Source of the DNA: an uncultured Bacilli bacterium
GTDB lineage: Bacteria; Bacillota_I; Bacilli_A; RF39; UBA660
Length of the DNA stretch: 64,000 nucleotides
Direction: 5' to 3'
Assembly: GCA_944371525.1 (NCBI GenBank)
Contig: CALVXP010000002.1
Location: 1,042 to 65,041 of the forward strand
The notes beneath the pieces are model-generated. The model searched no databases, was not told the origin of the DNA, and saw only the letters and a program-made list of their open reading frames with translations. Both the position numbers and the translations under genes were made by a program. This document shows, piece by piece, positions 1 to 10,301 of the stretch. Each line of letters opens with the position of its first letter. The stretch's first letter is position 1.

Positions 1-724
1 TATTGATAATTTGATATTTTAAGTATGGATAAAAATCATCTAATGATATTGGATTTAAATATTTATAAGTGTTACTAGGTATATAATTAGTAATATCTTT
101 TTTTTCTAGTAATAGTTTTCTAATTAGACTAGCATTAATAATATTATTGTTTATGTCTTTACTATGATAATCATTTGTCCTTTTAATAGTTATAGGTGTT
201 ATTTTATAATTATTTTTTATAATTTCTTTTATATAAGAAAGTCCTAATAAATCATTTGGTTTATTAATTGTTGTATTTGTAATATCAGTTAAAGCTTTAC
301 TTAAAGCAGTAGGGTAATTAATACCTTGGTCTAGATATTTTTTTACAATGTTATTATAGTCTTTATTGTTTAATTGAATATTAGCAAGATTAATTAATTC
401 TTCGATATTATCACTTTCACTACCAAATACTAAAGTATCAATTTTTAAGTAGTTTAATAGTTCTATTGCACCTTTTGCAAATATGTCAGAAGATTGAGTA
501 GCGTATCCAAAAGGTAATTCGATAAAGATATCTACACCATAATCAAGAGCAATTCTTGTTTTATCCCATTTATTTAGTATAGATACATCTCCTCTTTGAG
601 TAAAGTTTGAAGAACATACTACTATAATAATACTATCAGGATACATTTCTTTAACTTTCTTTAATTGATATAAATGTCCTAAATGAAAAGGGTTATATTC
701 ACATACTATACCTATAATGTTCAT
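1..724 (-). CDS. tmcAL: tRNA(Met) cytidine acetate ligase TmcAL (YlbM/UPF0348 family); C-terminus lies beyond the window edge
   Basis: Not in the ORF track because it runs off the window. Minus-strand translation from the ATG at 724-722 reads MNIIGIVCEYNPFHLGHLYQLKKVKEMYPDSIIIVVCSSNFTQRGDVSILNKWDKTRIALDYGVDIFIELPF. This matches the EYNPFHxGH nucleotidyltransferase N-terminus of B. subtilis YlbM/TmcAL. Confidence 0.8.
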   Translation of the reverse strand, partial: MNIIGIVCEYNPFHLGHLYQLKKVKEMYPDSIIIVVCSSNFTQRGDVSILNKWDKTRIALDYGVDIFIELPFGYATQSSDIFAKGAIELLNYLKIDTLVFGSESDNIEELINLANIQLNNKDYNNIVKKYLDQGINYPTALSKALTDITNTTINKPNDLLGLSYIKEIIKNNYKITPITIKRTNDYHSKDINNNIINASLIRKLLLEKKDITNYIPSNTYKYLNPISLDDFYPYLKYQIIN

Positions 725-784
725 AAAATCACCAGCATTAATATATCACATTATTATTTTTTTTACAAATAAAAAAGAAAAACA

Positions 785-1216
785 TTAATTATTTTTCTTT
801 TTAAATACAAATAATTTACTTAATACATAATTTAATATAATTACAATAAATTGAGCAATTACTTTAGCAATTTTATCGTTAATTAGTATTACTTTAACCG
901 TTATAAACATAAATGCTAACTCAATAAGAAGAGTAGTTATTCTTGAAGATACAAACATACTAAATACTTTAATTTCTTCTTTCTTACTAGAAGTTGTCGT
1001 ATTAAATACAAATTTTTTGTTGGTAATATATGCGAATATAACTGCACATATCCAAGATAAAACATTAGCAAGTATAAATAATATATTATTTTCTATATCT
1101 AAGATTAAAGAGAAAAGGAAATATGTAACAATACTTACTATTGTAGTAAGGACCCCTACAATCAAATAATTTATAATTTCTTGATATTTTTTATATAAAT
1201 TAATGATATTATTCAT
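785..1216 (-). CDS. GtrA/GtcA-family small membrane protein (putative lipid-linked sugar flippase)
   Basis: 143 aa with about 4 TM helices. The N-terminus YLIVGVLTTIVSIVTYFLF and the size are typical of the GtrA family. It overlaps the upstream GT2 gene by 8 nt. Confidence 0.8.
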   Translation of the reverse strand: MNNIINLYKKYQEIINYLIVGVLTTIVSIVTYFLFSLILDIENNILFILANVLSWICAVIFAYITNKKFVFNTTTSSKKEEIKVFSMFVSSRITTLLIELAFMFITVKVILINDKIAKVIAQFIVIILNYVLSKLFVFKKKNN

Positions 1217-2156
1217 GCTTTTTATCCTTTATATTAGTATCTTTAATTATATATATAGGTCTGTTTTTTACTTCAAGATATACTTTAGATAAGTATTGAC
1301 CAATAATACCTATACAGAATAATTGAACACCACTTACAAAGAAGATAATGCAAGCAAGGCTTGGCCAACCAGAAGTTGGATCACCAAATATTAATGTTTT
1401 AATAATTATAAATATGATTAGAATAAATGATATTAAGCAAAATAGAACACCAATAATTGATGATACAATAAGGGGAGCAGTTGAGAACCCTACAATTCCA
1501 TCAATTGCATAAGAAAATAGTTTCCAAAAATTCCATTTTGTAGTACCTGCGACTCTTTCTTGATTTTCAAATTCAATCCACTTTGTTTTAAAACCAACGA
1601 AACTAAATAACCCTTTAGAATATCTGTTATATTCTTTCATATTAATAATAGCATTAACCATTTGTCTAGTCATAAGACGATAATCTCTAGCTCCTGCAAC
1701 CATTTCTGTTTTAGATATCTTTGCAATAATTTTATAAAACCATCTAGTAAATGTTTTTCTTAAAAATGAATAACCATTTCTACTAGTACTTTTTGTAGCT
1801 ACACAATCATATCCTTCTTCAGTTATACCTTTAATCATTTCTGGTAAAAGAGAAGGGGGATCTTGTAAATCGACATCCATTGTTGTTATAAAGTCACCAC
1901 TGCTAAGTTCTAATCCTGCATACATTGCAGCTTCTTTTCCAAAGTTTCTAGAAAAGTCAATAAATTTAACCCTTTTATCTTTTTTAGCAAGTTCTTTCAT
2001 AATTAAAGCACTATTATCTTTTGAACCATCATTTACAAATATAAATTCGAAGTCATAATCTTTTATTTCCTTACTAGTTTTATTTATTTCTTCATAAAAT
2101 AGTGGAATAGTTTCTTCTTCATTGTAACAAGGAACTACAATACTAATTTTTTTCAT
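1209..2156 (-). CDS. Family-2 glycosyltransferase, CsbB/GtrB-like undecaprenyl-phosphate sugar synthase
   Basis: Carries the GT-A motifs ISIVVPCYNEE, NDGSKD and DVDLQDPP, followed by two C-terminal TM helices as in CsbB/GtrB. It overlaps both neighbouring genes. Confidence 0.85.
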   Translation of the reverse strand: MKKISIVVPCYNEEETIPLFYEEINKTSKEIKDYDFEFIFVNDGSKDNSALIMKELAKKDKRVKFIDFSRNFGKEAAMYAGLELSSGDFITTMDVDLQDPPSLLPEMIKGITEEGYDCVATKSTSRNGYSFLRKTFTRWFYKIIAKISKTEMVAGARDYRLMTRQMVNAIINMKEYNRYSKGLFSFVGFKTKWIEFENQERVAGTTKWNFWKLFSYAIDGIVGFSTAPLIVSSIIGVLFCLISFILIIFIIIKTLIFGDPTSGWPSLACIIFFVSGVQLFCIGIIGQYLSKVYLEVKNRPIYIIKDTNIKDKKHE

Positions 2157-4614
2157 TTTTACTCCTCCAATCGAAAATAATAATTCCTATATATATTATA
2201 ACACCAATTATACTAATAATTTTAGCAATATTACTAAATGGTGCAGTATAACTAATAGATATAGAATGTTTACCTTTGTTAATTTCAAAACCAATAAAAG
2301 CAGTATCTACTAGTTCATAATCAATTTCTTTACCATCAAGTTTAATATTAAATCCTTTATCATATGGAATACTTAGTATAAAGTAGCCATCTTCTTCTAC
2401 ATTGATATTACCATTAATATAATCTCCATAAGTATTATCTTTATCTATTATAAAATTACTATGTGTATCATTAATATTCTTAACTTTATCATAATCCATC
2501 GTGTACACTTTAATATTATTAATTTCATAATGACCTTTACTAAATGTTATATCTAAATTATTGTTATCTATTACATAATGGAATGTATAATTATTATTAT
2601 GGTATTTCCACCCTTTATAAGATAGGGTATTTATAACATTATTAATAGTAATAGTAGTATCTTTTTTATCGTTATAATTCATATCAAAAGTAACAAATAT
2701 AACTTTATCTTTAACATTATCATCAAGTTTAATATTCATCGTACCATTGCTTTCAGAATTAATTATATACATATTATTTTCATTATTAATAGTTAAATTA
2801 CTATAATCTGTAAGATTTATTTGTTCATTATATTCATTAATATTACTTTTATATACATTGTCTATTTCTTTATCCACAATAATATAATTTAATAAAGCAT
2901 CTATTGTATATGGATAAGACAAACTATCAAATTCTTCTTTCGACATTAGCTTATTACTTGAGTATCCAATACTAAATACATCATTATTCATATATAAATT
3001 GTCACTGATTAAATTATAACCTTTAATTTGGTAATTAGATATTAAATATTTATTACCCATATATATATTAAATAAAGGGTTACTACTTTGGGTAATTGTA
3101 TGATAATCTTTATTATATATTTCATTATTAAATATATTTCTAACGAATTTTGTATAATACATATTTGAAGTAGAAGAATATATTGTGCTTAAGTAATAAT
3201 TATCTTCATATACATTATTAACATTTTCTAAAATATAAGACAAATTACCAACTCTATAAAATGAGTCATCAGGGATAGAAATATTGCTTGTCTCTATGTT
3301 ATTTAATTCTTCTTTAGTAACTAATTTATCATCAGTATTTATAGCTATGCAGTATCCCATACTAAGTAAAATTATTGGAATAATAATTATATAGTTTTTA
3401 TTTCTTTTTTTATATAAAATAATACTTCCAATTATAATTATATAATCAATTGCAAAGAATATTAAATATTGGAAATTTAAATTTGTAATTACTATAATTA
3501 TAAATACAATTAAAGATATAATTATTAATTTTTTTGTATTTATTTCTTTTTTTAATATTCTATTTATAGTATTTGCAATTAAATATATACAAATTGGTAG
3601 TAAAGGTATGAAACTTTTACCATCAATATACATAAATCCATTTAATAAATAATTAAATACAGGGAAGATAATTAAAATACTAATAATAATACTTAATATT
3701 CGTAGATTTTTTTTATTATTAATAATATTTTCAATTAAACTAATTATAAAGATTGATGATAGACCAATACTATAAGATTTATACATAAATAAATTAATAT
3801 CAATTTTAGGAATAAATAGACTAAGAATATTTAGGCTAGTATTTGTATCGCTTCTTCCTGACATTAAAGTATATACAGTAGGAATAAGTAATATTGAAGA
3901 TATTAAAATTGGTACAATAAGTATTAATATAAATTTAAATCCTTCTTTAAACATATCTTTAAAGTTACATTTAGGATTAATACTAATATACTTAAATAAA
4001 GCATAAATACATATAGTAACAATAGCACCAACACTATAAAAATAACTGGTTAAAATAATTAATAATACATTTAAAATTAAATATTTCTTATCTTTAGTAT
4101 CAAAGTATTTATCTACTGATATAAGTGCTAATATAAGAAATAACATATAATCATTAAACATAATATGTCTATGCGTATGGAATATTATTGGACCAGCTAG
4201 TAAGAAAATAAATGTTGAAATAAAAGCAACTTTACTAGAAAATTTATTATTAATCCATTTATACAACATTATACAGCTTAATATTATAAGTAATATATTA
4301 CTAATAATTATGTAATCTACCATTTTTATAAAAGGTAATAGGTAAGATAACATAATAATTGGATTAAATAGTCCATGATAAGATAAGTAATATATATTTT
4401 GTCCTCCTCCTAAATTAAAAGCAAAATTAGGAAATAGGGAATGAGTATTATAAAATAAATTTCTTAAATATTCTGGTATCCTAAAATGTTGACTTATCCA
4501 ATCAACAGTGGAACCATAAGTGTATCCCATAAGATTAATAACAATTATATATATTATAAAGAAAGAAAGAATAATACTTAAATTAATATAATCTTTTTTA
4601 TTAAGTTTCTTCAT
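2143..4614 (-). CDS. yfhO: YfhO-family polytopic membrane glycosyltransferase
   Basis: 823 aa. The N-terminus is YGSTVDWISQHFRIPEYLRNLFY...FPNFAFNLGGGQNIYYLSYHGLFNP. The N-terminal half has many TM helices and a large extracytoplasmic domain follows. This is the typical YfhO architecture. Confidence 0.85.
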   Translation of the reverse strand: MKKLNKKDYINLSIILSFFIIYIIVINLMGYTYGSTVDWISQHFRIPEYLRNLFYNTHSLFPNFAFNLGGGQNIYYLSYHGLFNPIIMLSYLLPFIKMVDYIIISNILLIILSCIMLYKWINNKFSSKVAFISTFIFLLAGPIIFHTHRHIMFNDYMLFLILALISVDKYFDTKDKKYLILNVLLIILTSYFYSVGAIVTICIYALFKYISINPKCNFKDMFKEGFKFILILIVPILISSILLIPTVYTLMSGRSDTNTSLNILSLFIPKIDINLFMYKSYSIGLSSIFIISLIENIINNKKNLRILSIIISILIIFPVFNYLLNGFMYIDGKSFIPLLPICIYLIANTINRILKKEINTKKLIIISLIVFIIIVITNLNFQYLIFFAIDYIIIIGSIILYKKRNKNYIIIIPIILLSMGYCIAINTDDKLVTKEELNNIETSNISIPDDSFYRVGNLSYILENVNNVYEDNYYLSTIYSSTSNMYYTKFVRNIFNNEIYNKDYHTITQSSNPLFNIYMGNKYLISNYQIKGYNLISDNLYMNNDVFSIGYSSNKLMSKEEFDSLSYPYTIDALLNYIIVDKEIDNVYKSNINEYNEQINLTDYSNLTINNENNMYIINSESNGTMNIKLDDNVKDKVIFVTFDMNYNDKKDTTITINNVINTLSYKGWKYHNNNYTFHYVIDNNNLDITFSKGHYEINNIKVYTMDYDKVKNINDTHSNFIIDKDNTYGDYINGNINVEEDGYFILSIPYDKGFNIKLDGKEIDYELVDTAFIGFEINKGKHSISISYTAPFSNIAKIISIIGVIIYIGIIIFDWRSKNEKN

Positions 4615-6544
4615 TAGTATCTTCTTCCTTTGTTACAGTTTCTTTTTCAATTGTTTTAAAGTAGTCATATTTTAATACCAAATCATTTTTCTTTATAATA
4701 TAATTAATATAATTATTTTTTTCTTCTAATTCTTCGTCACTTATTTTACCATTATTAGTAACTACACCACCATCAACATAGACATTTCCATCATACCAAG
4801 AATAATCACTAAAGAATGCTATTCCTTCATAATTAGGATCTAGTGCATCAGTACCAATATAATAACTTGGGTGTTCATATATACCAAATAAATTTAATAC
4901 AGTAGGTAAAATATTTAATTGAGAAGTAACAGAAGTAATACTTTTGCTTTCAATCCCGTTGGACCATATAAAGAATGGTGTATGGTTAATTAAATTGTTA
5001 GATGTTTCTTTATATTTAGCAAGAATTGTTTTATCTGTTAAAGTATACAAATAGTGGTCAGCATAAGCTACAATTACAGTATTATCTAGAAGATTATTAT
5101 CTTCAAGTGCTTGTAATAACATTCCAATCATATCGTCTGTTTCTTTTGCTTGTATTCTTGTACAATCTTCTTCGGATAAAGTTGTTCCTTCTTCTAATGT
5201 ATCTTCTGTAAGCATTTTACATACACCTTTGCTTTGCGAAAATGGAATATGATTAGAGTAAGTAATAATGTAATTTACAAAATTAGTATCAGTAGGGAAC
5301 ATATTTTCATAAAAAGTTTCATTTTTTATAAGTTCTGTGTCTAAATAATAAGTCTCGTCCTTATAATCTCCTAAGTCTTTTAATCCAAAATATTTATCAT
5401 ATCCCCAATTTTTATAATTAATACCTCTTGAATAATATTCACTTGAATTCATATGGAAAGCATTAATTTTGTATCCTAATTCCTTAAATAGTTTTGCCAT
5501 ACCATAATCAAAATTATTTTTATTAAAAGTATATGCATTTTTAGTATAAGTAATCGGAGTTAAATAACCAGTATTAACAGCAAATTCAGAATTAAATGTT
5601 GAACCACCACCATTATAATAAGAATAGTGATTAGTAAAGTTTATTCCTTCATTCATTAATTTATATAAATTAGGCATTCCTTCTTCAGTTACTAACCAGT
5701 CATCAATACCTTCTAATTGTAAGAAAATAAGATTTTTACCTGCAAATATTCCAGTATATTCATTATTATGTTCTTCTTCTTCTAAAAAAACATCTTTCAA
5801 AAATTCTAATTCTGAATCGTCGCTTACTTCTTCTTCTTTTAAAAATGTTATATAGAAGTTTCTTACTGTATATTCATATAAACCAGCTACTGCCATACTT
5901 TTATTATTATCATTAAAGTTAATATATATATTTTTGAAATTTCTCCAAGTATTCCAACTAAGATCAGAGTTAGATGGACCTAATAAAAACGGAATAGTAA
6001 AATGACCAACTAAAAATACTATAAATGTTTTAAGTAAAAATTTATAATTATTAGTATTATAATTTGGAATATGTTTATAACCATTTATTCCTGTATAAAT
6101 AGTGATAATACTAACGACATATATCCATAAATTAGTACTTTTTATTGCATCAATTATATAACTGCTTCCTTCACTTGCCATTTCTAATAAACTAAAATCA
6201 AAGAAATTATTAGTTAAACCATAATAAACATTATTTACATAAAATATAATTAATGATAAAGTTAGAAAAATAATATAAATAATATTTCCATATTTTTTCT
6301 TAAATGATAATACTAAACTAATAAATAAAAATATCCAAAGAATTGTAAATAAATTAGGTACAGGTTGATAAAAACCAAATGAATCTATTGGTTTAGCAAA
6401 TATTCTAGTAGATAAATCTAATATTAAAAAAGGCAAAGCCATATATATAATATAAATATATTTTATTAAAAAATCTCTAATTATTATTGTGTATTTTTTA
6501 GTAAAATTTTTAATTTTATCTATTTTTTTCACACAAATCACCAC
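4601..6544 (-). CDS. LtaS-family (sulfatase-fold) lipoteichoic acid synthase/primase-like protein
   Basis: Five N-terminal TM helices precede an alkaline-phosphatase/sulfatase-like ectodomain (NHYSYYNGGGSTFNSEFAVNTG, YSNHIPF, YADHY). The start is uncertain. The GTG at 6544 has no Shine-Dalgarno (SD) sequence, whereas the GTG at 6532 (VKKIDK) is preceded by GGTGA. Confidence 0.8.
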   Translation of the reverse strand: MVICVKKIDKIKNFTKKYTIIIRDFLIKYIYIIYMALPFLILDLSTRIFAKPIDSFGFYQPVPNLFTILWIFLFISLVLSFKKKYGNIIYIIFLTLSLIIFYVNNVYYGLTNNFFDFSLLEMASEGSSYIIDAIKSTNLWIYVVSIITIYTGINGYKHIPNYNTNNYKFLLKTFIVFLVGHFTIPFLLGPSNSDLSWNTWRNFKNIYINFNDNNKSMAVAGLYEYTVRNFYITFLKEEEVSDDSELEFLKDVFLEEEEHNNEYTGIFAGKNLIFLQLEGIDDWLVTEEGMPNLYKLMNEGINFTNHYSYYNGGGSTFNSEFAVNTGYLTPITYTKNAYTFNKNNFDYGMAKLFKELGYKINAFHMNSSEYYSRGINYKNWGYDKYFGLKDLGDYKDETYYLDTELIKNETFYENMFPTDTNFVNYIITYSNHIPFSQSKGVCKMLTEDTLEEGTTLSEEDCTRIQAKETDDMIGMLLQALEDNNLLDNTVIVAYADHYLYTLTDKTILAKYKETSNNLINHTPFFIWSNGIESKSITSVTSQLNILPTVLNLFGIYEHPSYYIGTDALDPNYEGIAFFSDYSWYDGNVYVDGGVVTNNGKISDEELEEKNNYINYIIKKNDLVLKYDYFKTIEKETVTKEEDTNEET

Positions 6545-6639
6545 AAGAAAATTATATCATTAAATATTATTTTTATCAAGAATACTAATAATTTGTGATA
6601 TTTAAATGTCAATTTATTAATAATACTGATTTTAAAATA

Positions 6640-6668
6640 TTGACATAAATGATTTTATGTAATACAGT
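6640..6668 (+). promoter_or_regulatory. Putative sigma-A promoter of the metal ATPase, with an overlapping 7-bp inverted repeat
   Basis: TTGACA (6640-6645), a 17-nt spacer, then TACAGT (6663-6668). The inverted repeat ACATAAA-tgat-TTTATGT (6643-6660) sits in the -35/spacer region. Confidence 0.4.
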
Positions 6669-6700
6669 TATTATGATGTAAGTTAATAGGAGGTTATAAC

Positions 6701-8764
6701 ATGAAATGTAAGTATAAAATAAAGAATATTGATTGTGTTAATTGTGCTAAAAAAATAGAAGATCATTTAAATAAGGATGTTAATATAAGTAATGCAAGTA
6801 TTAATTTTAATACATTAAATATTAGTTATGATACAGATATTGAAAATTCTATTAACTATGTAAATAAAAAAATAAAAGAAATAGAACCAGATACTTACAT
6901 TTATGATAAAGAAACAAAAGAAGATATTTATTTCTATGATTATTTAAATTTAGTATTAGGTTTTATTTTAGCAACTATTGGAATATTTATAAAAATGCCA
7001 TATTATATAAATTATATATTAATTATAATAGGATTTATTCTACTTTTAAAAAGAAGTGCAACACTAGCTTTTAAACTTTTAGTAAAGAGTCATCAAATAG
7101 ATGAAAACTTTTTAATAGTAATTTCTTCAATAGGAGCATTCTTAATAAATGAAAAATTTGAGGGGTTAATGGTTATAACATTATATGAATTTGGTAAAAT
7201 ATTAGAGTCTAAAGCTATAAATAAAACAAGAAAGAATGTTTCTGCACTTGCCAAGATAAAAGAAGATTATGCTAATTTAAAAGTAAATAATACTTATAAG
7301 AAAGTTTTATCAGAAAGTGTAAAAATAGGGGATACAATAATAATAAAAAAAGGGGAAAGAGTTCCATTAGATGGTATCATAACAAGTGGTATAACTTATA
7401 TTGATAATTCATCTTTAACTGGGGAATCTAAATTAGTATCTTTAACTATTGGAGATAAAGTATTATCAGGAAGTATTAATAAAGGGGATATAATAGAAGT
7501 AAAGGTTGATACACCATATATTGATTCTACAGTTAATAAAATATTAAATTTAGTAGAAAATGCTAGTGAGAATAAGGCAAAAACAGAAACTTTTGTCTCT
7601 AAATATGCTAAATATTATACTGCTATTGTATTAATGTTAGCGGTATTAGTAGGTATATTTTTGCCATTAATAACAAATTGTACATATAGTGATAGTATTT
7701 ATAAAGCACTTACTTTTTTAGTAATATCTTGTCCATGTGCTATTGCAATATCAGTTCCACTTAGTTATTTTTCATCACTTGGATTTGCATCTTCTAAGGG
7801 AATTCTAATTAAAGGAAGTAATTATTTAGATGGAATTAAAGATATAGATACAATTGTTTTTGACAAGACAGGAACTTTAACAAAGGGAATATTTCATATA
7901 TCTAAAATAAATATATTAGATAATAAATACAAAGAAGAAGATATATTAAGATTATTTAAAATAGGGGAAACTTATTCTAATCATCCAATCGCTGTATCTT
8001 TAGTAAAAGAAATAGATATAGATGTTAGTGATTGTAAGATAAAAGATTATAAGGAAGTATCTGGTTTAGGAATAGAATATAAATTAGATAAACAAACGAT
8101 AAAAATTGGTAATTCCAAACATGTAAATAGTAAAGAAAAAGAAGATAATACAGTAATATATATAAGTACTAATGAAAATATTATTGGAAGTATAGTTATT
8201 GAAGATACTTTAAAAAGCGAAGCTCCAGAAGTTATAACTAAACTAAATAATATGGGAATTAACACTAAAATGTTTACGGGAGATAATCTTGAAGTAGCTA
8301 AAGATGTTAGTTCTAAATTAGGAATAAAAGATTATAAATATAATATGCTTCCTAACGATAAATATAGTGAATTAACAAAGATACTTAAAAATAGAAAAAA
8401 TAATAAATTAGTTGCTTTTGTAGGAGATGGAATAAATGATTCTCCGGTTATTGCACTATCTGACATAGGTTTTTCTATGGGAGGAGTAGGAAATGACAGT
8501 GCCATAGAAGCATCAGATATAGTTATTACGAATGATAATTTAAAAAGTTTATTAACTGCTATAAGTATATCTAAAAAGACGAACATAATAATTAAAGAAA
8601 ATGTAACATTTGCAATACTAACTAAAATAACAATATTAATATTAAGTGTAATTGGAATAGCTAGTATGTGGCAAGCAGTTTTTGCTGATGTAGGAGTTAC
8701 CATTATTACTATATTTAATACACTTAGACTTTTGAAGGGAAGATATTATGAAAAAAATAAATAA
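6701..8764 (+). CDS. Heavy-metal (Cd/Zn/Co-type) translocating P1B-type ATPase
   Basis: Has an N-terminal HMA domain with CVNC, the TM6 CPC motif (VISCPCAIAISVP), DKTGTLT, the HP dipeptide (SNHPIA) and the GDGINDSP hinge. Confidence 0.9.
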   Translation: MKCKYKIKNIDCVNCAKKIEDHLNKDVNISNASINFNTLNISYDTDIENSINYVNKKIKEIEPDTYIYDKETKEDIYFYDYLNLVLGFILATIGIFIKMPYYINYILIIIGFILLLKRSATLAFKLLVKSHQIDENFLIVISSIGAFLINEKFEGLMVITLYEFGKILESKAINKTRKNVSALAKIKEDYANLKVNNTYKKVLSESVKIGDTIIIKKGERVPLDGIITSGITYIDNSSLTGESKLVSLTIGDKVLSGSINKGDIIEVKVDTPYIDSTVNKILNLVENASENKAKTETFVSKYAKYYTAIVLMLAVLVGIFLPLITNCTYSDSIYKALTFLVISCPCAIAISVPLSYFSSLGFASSKGILIKGSNYLDGIKDIDTIVFDKTGTLTKGIFHISKINILDNKYKEEDILRLFKIGETYSNHPIAVSLVKEIDIDVSDCKIKDYKEVSGLGIEYKLDKQTIKIGNSKHVNSKEKEDNTVIYISTNENIIGSIVIEDTLKSEAPEVITKLNNMGINTKMFTGDNLEVAKDVSSKLGIKDYKYNMLPNDKYSELTKILKNRKNNKLVAFVGDGINDSPVIALSDIGFSMGGVGNDSAIEASDIVITNDNLKSLLTAISISKKTNIIIKENVTFAILTKITILILSVIGIASMWQAVFADVGVTIITIFNTLRLLKGRYYEKNK

Positions 8765-9323
8765 TTTAATTATAATTTTATCATTAGTAATAGAACTTAT
8801 ATATTTTATAATGAATCCAATTATTACTGTAGATAATATTTTATTATTACTATCTTATATACCAGTAATATTTATACCAAGAATATTTAATTTTATATTT
8901 AAAAAATCTAAAATAAAAATAACAGATGATATAGAATTTGCTTATTTAATATTTCTTATATTAGCATTTTTATTTGGAAGTATTATTGGTGGATATTCTA
9001 AAATATATTGGTATGATTCATTTACACATTTATTATCAGGAGTATTTACAGCATTTATGGCTCCAATATTACTTAAATGGCTAAATAGATATGATAAAAA
9101 GGATATTGTATTTAATATAATTTATATAATTCTTATAACTTTGTCAGTAGCAGTTCTTTGGGAATGTGTTGAGTTTACTATTGATAAAGTACTAGGAATG
9201 GATACTCAAAAAGTATTAACTACTGGTGTCGATGATACTATGAAAGATATGATTTGTGCCTTAATTGGTTCTATTTTATATAGTATTTATTATTTATATA
9301 ATTTGAATAAAAAAAGTAACTAA
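8748..9323 (+). CDS. Small polytopic membrane protein (possibly YjdF/DUF2238-like)
   Basis: 191 aa with 5-6 TM helices. The motifs YDSFTHLLSG and WECVEFTIDKVLGMDTQ...DTMKDMICALIG resemble the YjdF family. It overlaps the ATPase stop by 17 nt. The family assignment is tentative. Confidence 0.55.
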   Translation: MKKINNLIIILSLVIELIYFIMNPIITVDNILLLLSYIPVIFIPRIFNFIFKKSKIKITDDIEFAYLIFLILAFLFGSIIGGYSKIYWYDSFTHLLSGVFTAFMAPILLKWLNRYDKKDIVFNIIYIILITLSVAVLWECVEFTIDKVLGMDTQKVLTTGVDDTMKDMICALIGSILYSIYYLYNLNKKSN

Positions 9324-9347
9324 TATTATTTTGTTAGTTATTTTATA

Positions 9348-9905
9348 TTATCTATGTATATTATTAATTTTAGATAAAGTAATCCAATATCTCCTTAATA
9401 TTTCGTCTCCTTTATGAACAGTATTTTCATATTCCCCACAACATTTTTCAATTGTTTTAGCACTAGCTATATTTTCTTCATTACATGTAATTAGTACTTT
9501 GTCTATATTTAAATCATTACATTTTTCTAATGCTTTTTCTAGTTGAATTATTCCATATCCTTTTCTTCTTTCGCTAGGTCTAATGGTATATCCAATATGA
9601 CCTCCATAATTTAATAAAAAATCAGTTAAAGTATGACGAATATTGCAAATTCCAATAACTTTGTTGTCGTTAGTTCTAACTAAAAGATAAGTAGATGCAG
9701 GAACATACCCATTAGGTAAATTTATTCCATTTTTTTCATTTTCTTTATCTTTTATCCATTCTTCGTAAGAATTACAATCTTCAAGTCTTGACATCCCTGC
9801 ATATTGCCAAGGATAACCTTTATCTATTAAGTTTACTTCTTCTAAAAAAGCCATTACTTCGTTTTTATATTCCAAAGATGGATTTATTAATTTAAAATTT
9901 TCCAT
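9348..9905 (-). CDS. GNAT-family N-acetyltransferase
   Basis: 185 aa. Carries the acetyl-CoA pyrophosphate-binding motif RRKGYG within IRPSERRKGYGIIQLEKALE, in a fold-typical arrangement. Confidence 0.75.
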   Translation of the reverse strand: MENFKLINPSLEYKNEVMAFLEEVNLIDKGYPWQYAGMSRLEDCNSYEEWIKDKENEKNGINLPNGYVPASTYLLVRTNDNKVIGICNIRHTLTDFLLNYGGHIGYTIRPSERRKGYGIIQLEKALEKCNDLNIDKVLITCNEENIASAKTIEKCCGEYENTVHKGDEILRRYWITLSKINNIHR

Positions 9906-10011
9906 AAACTACACCTCGAATTAATTATACATTAATTTCCTAAAAAATTCAAAATTACATTAAATAAGGGGTTGACAAAACAAATTAAAATACTGTATTA
10001 TTGTTTTAATA

Positions 10012-10280
10012 ACTTTGATGAAGAGAAGTAGATTTAAACAATTCTTATAGAGAGTTAGGGGTGGTGGGATCCTAATAGATAGTTTATTATGAAAAACACT
10101 TTGGAGTTGCTTATCGAAAATGTTGTGAGTAGAATAAGCCGGCTTGAATACCGTTATATATTCTAGATTTGTTAGAATCGAAAAAAGAGATTATAAAATT
10201 AAACTTTTTATAATAAATTGGGTGGCACCGCGGAAACCAGACTTCGTCCCATAATAGGGATATAAGTCTGGTTTTAATAT
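10012..10280 (+). promoter_or_regulatory. T-box riboswitch leader (probable Asn specifier) controlling asnB
   Basis: The conserved T-box sequence AAATTGGGTGGCACCGCGG lies at 10215-10233. An 11-bp terminator stem follows (AAACCAGACTT 10234-10244 / AAGTCTGGTTT 10264-10274 plus a T-run). Stem I elements are AGAGA and GGTGGTGGGA. The candidate specifier is GAA-AAC-A at 10092-10098, with the AAC (Asn) codon at 10095-10097. Confidence 0.8.
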
Positions 10281-10301
10281 TATAGAAAGAGGGAGATAAT
10301 T

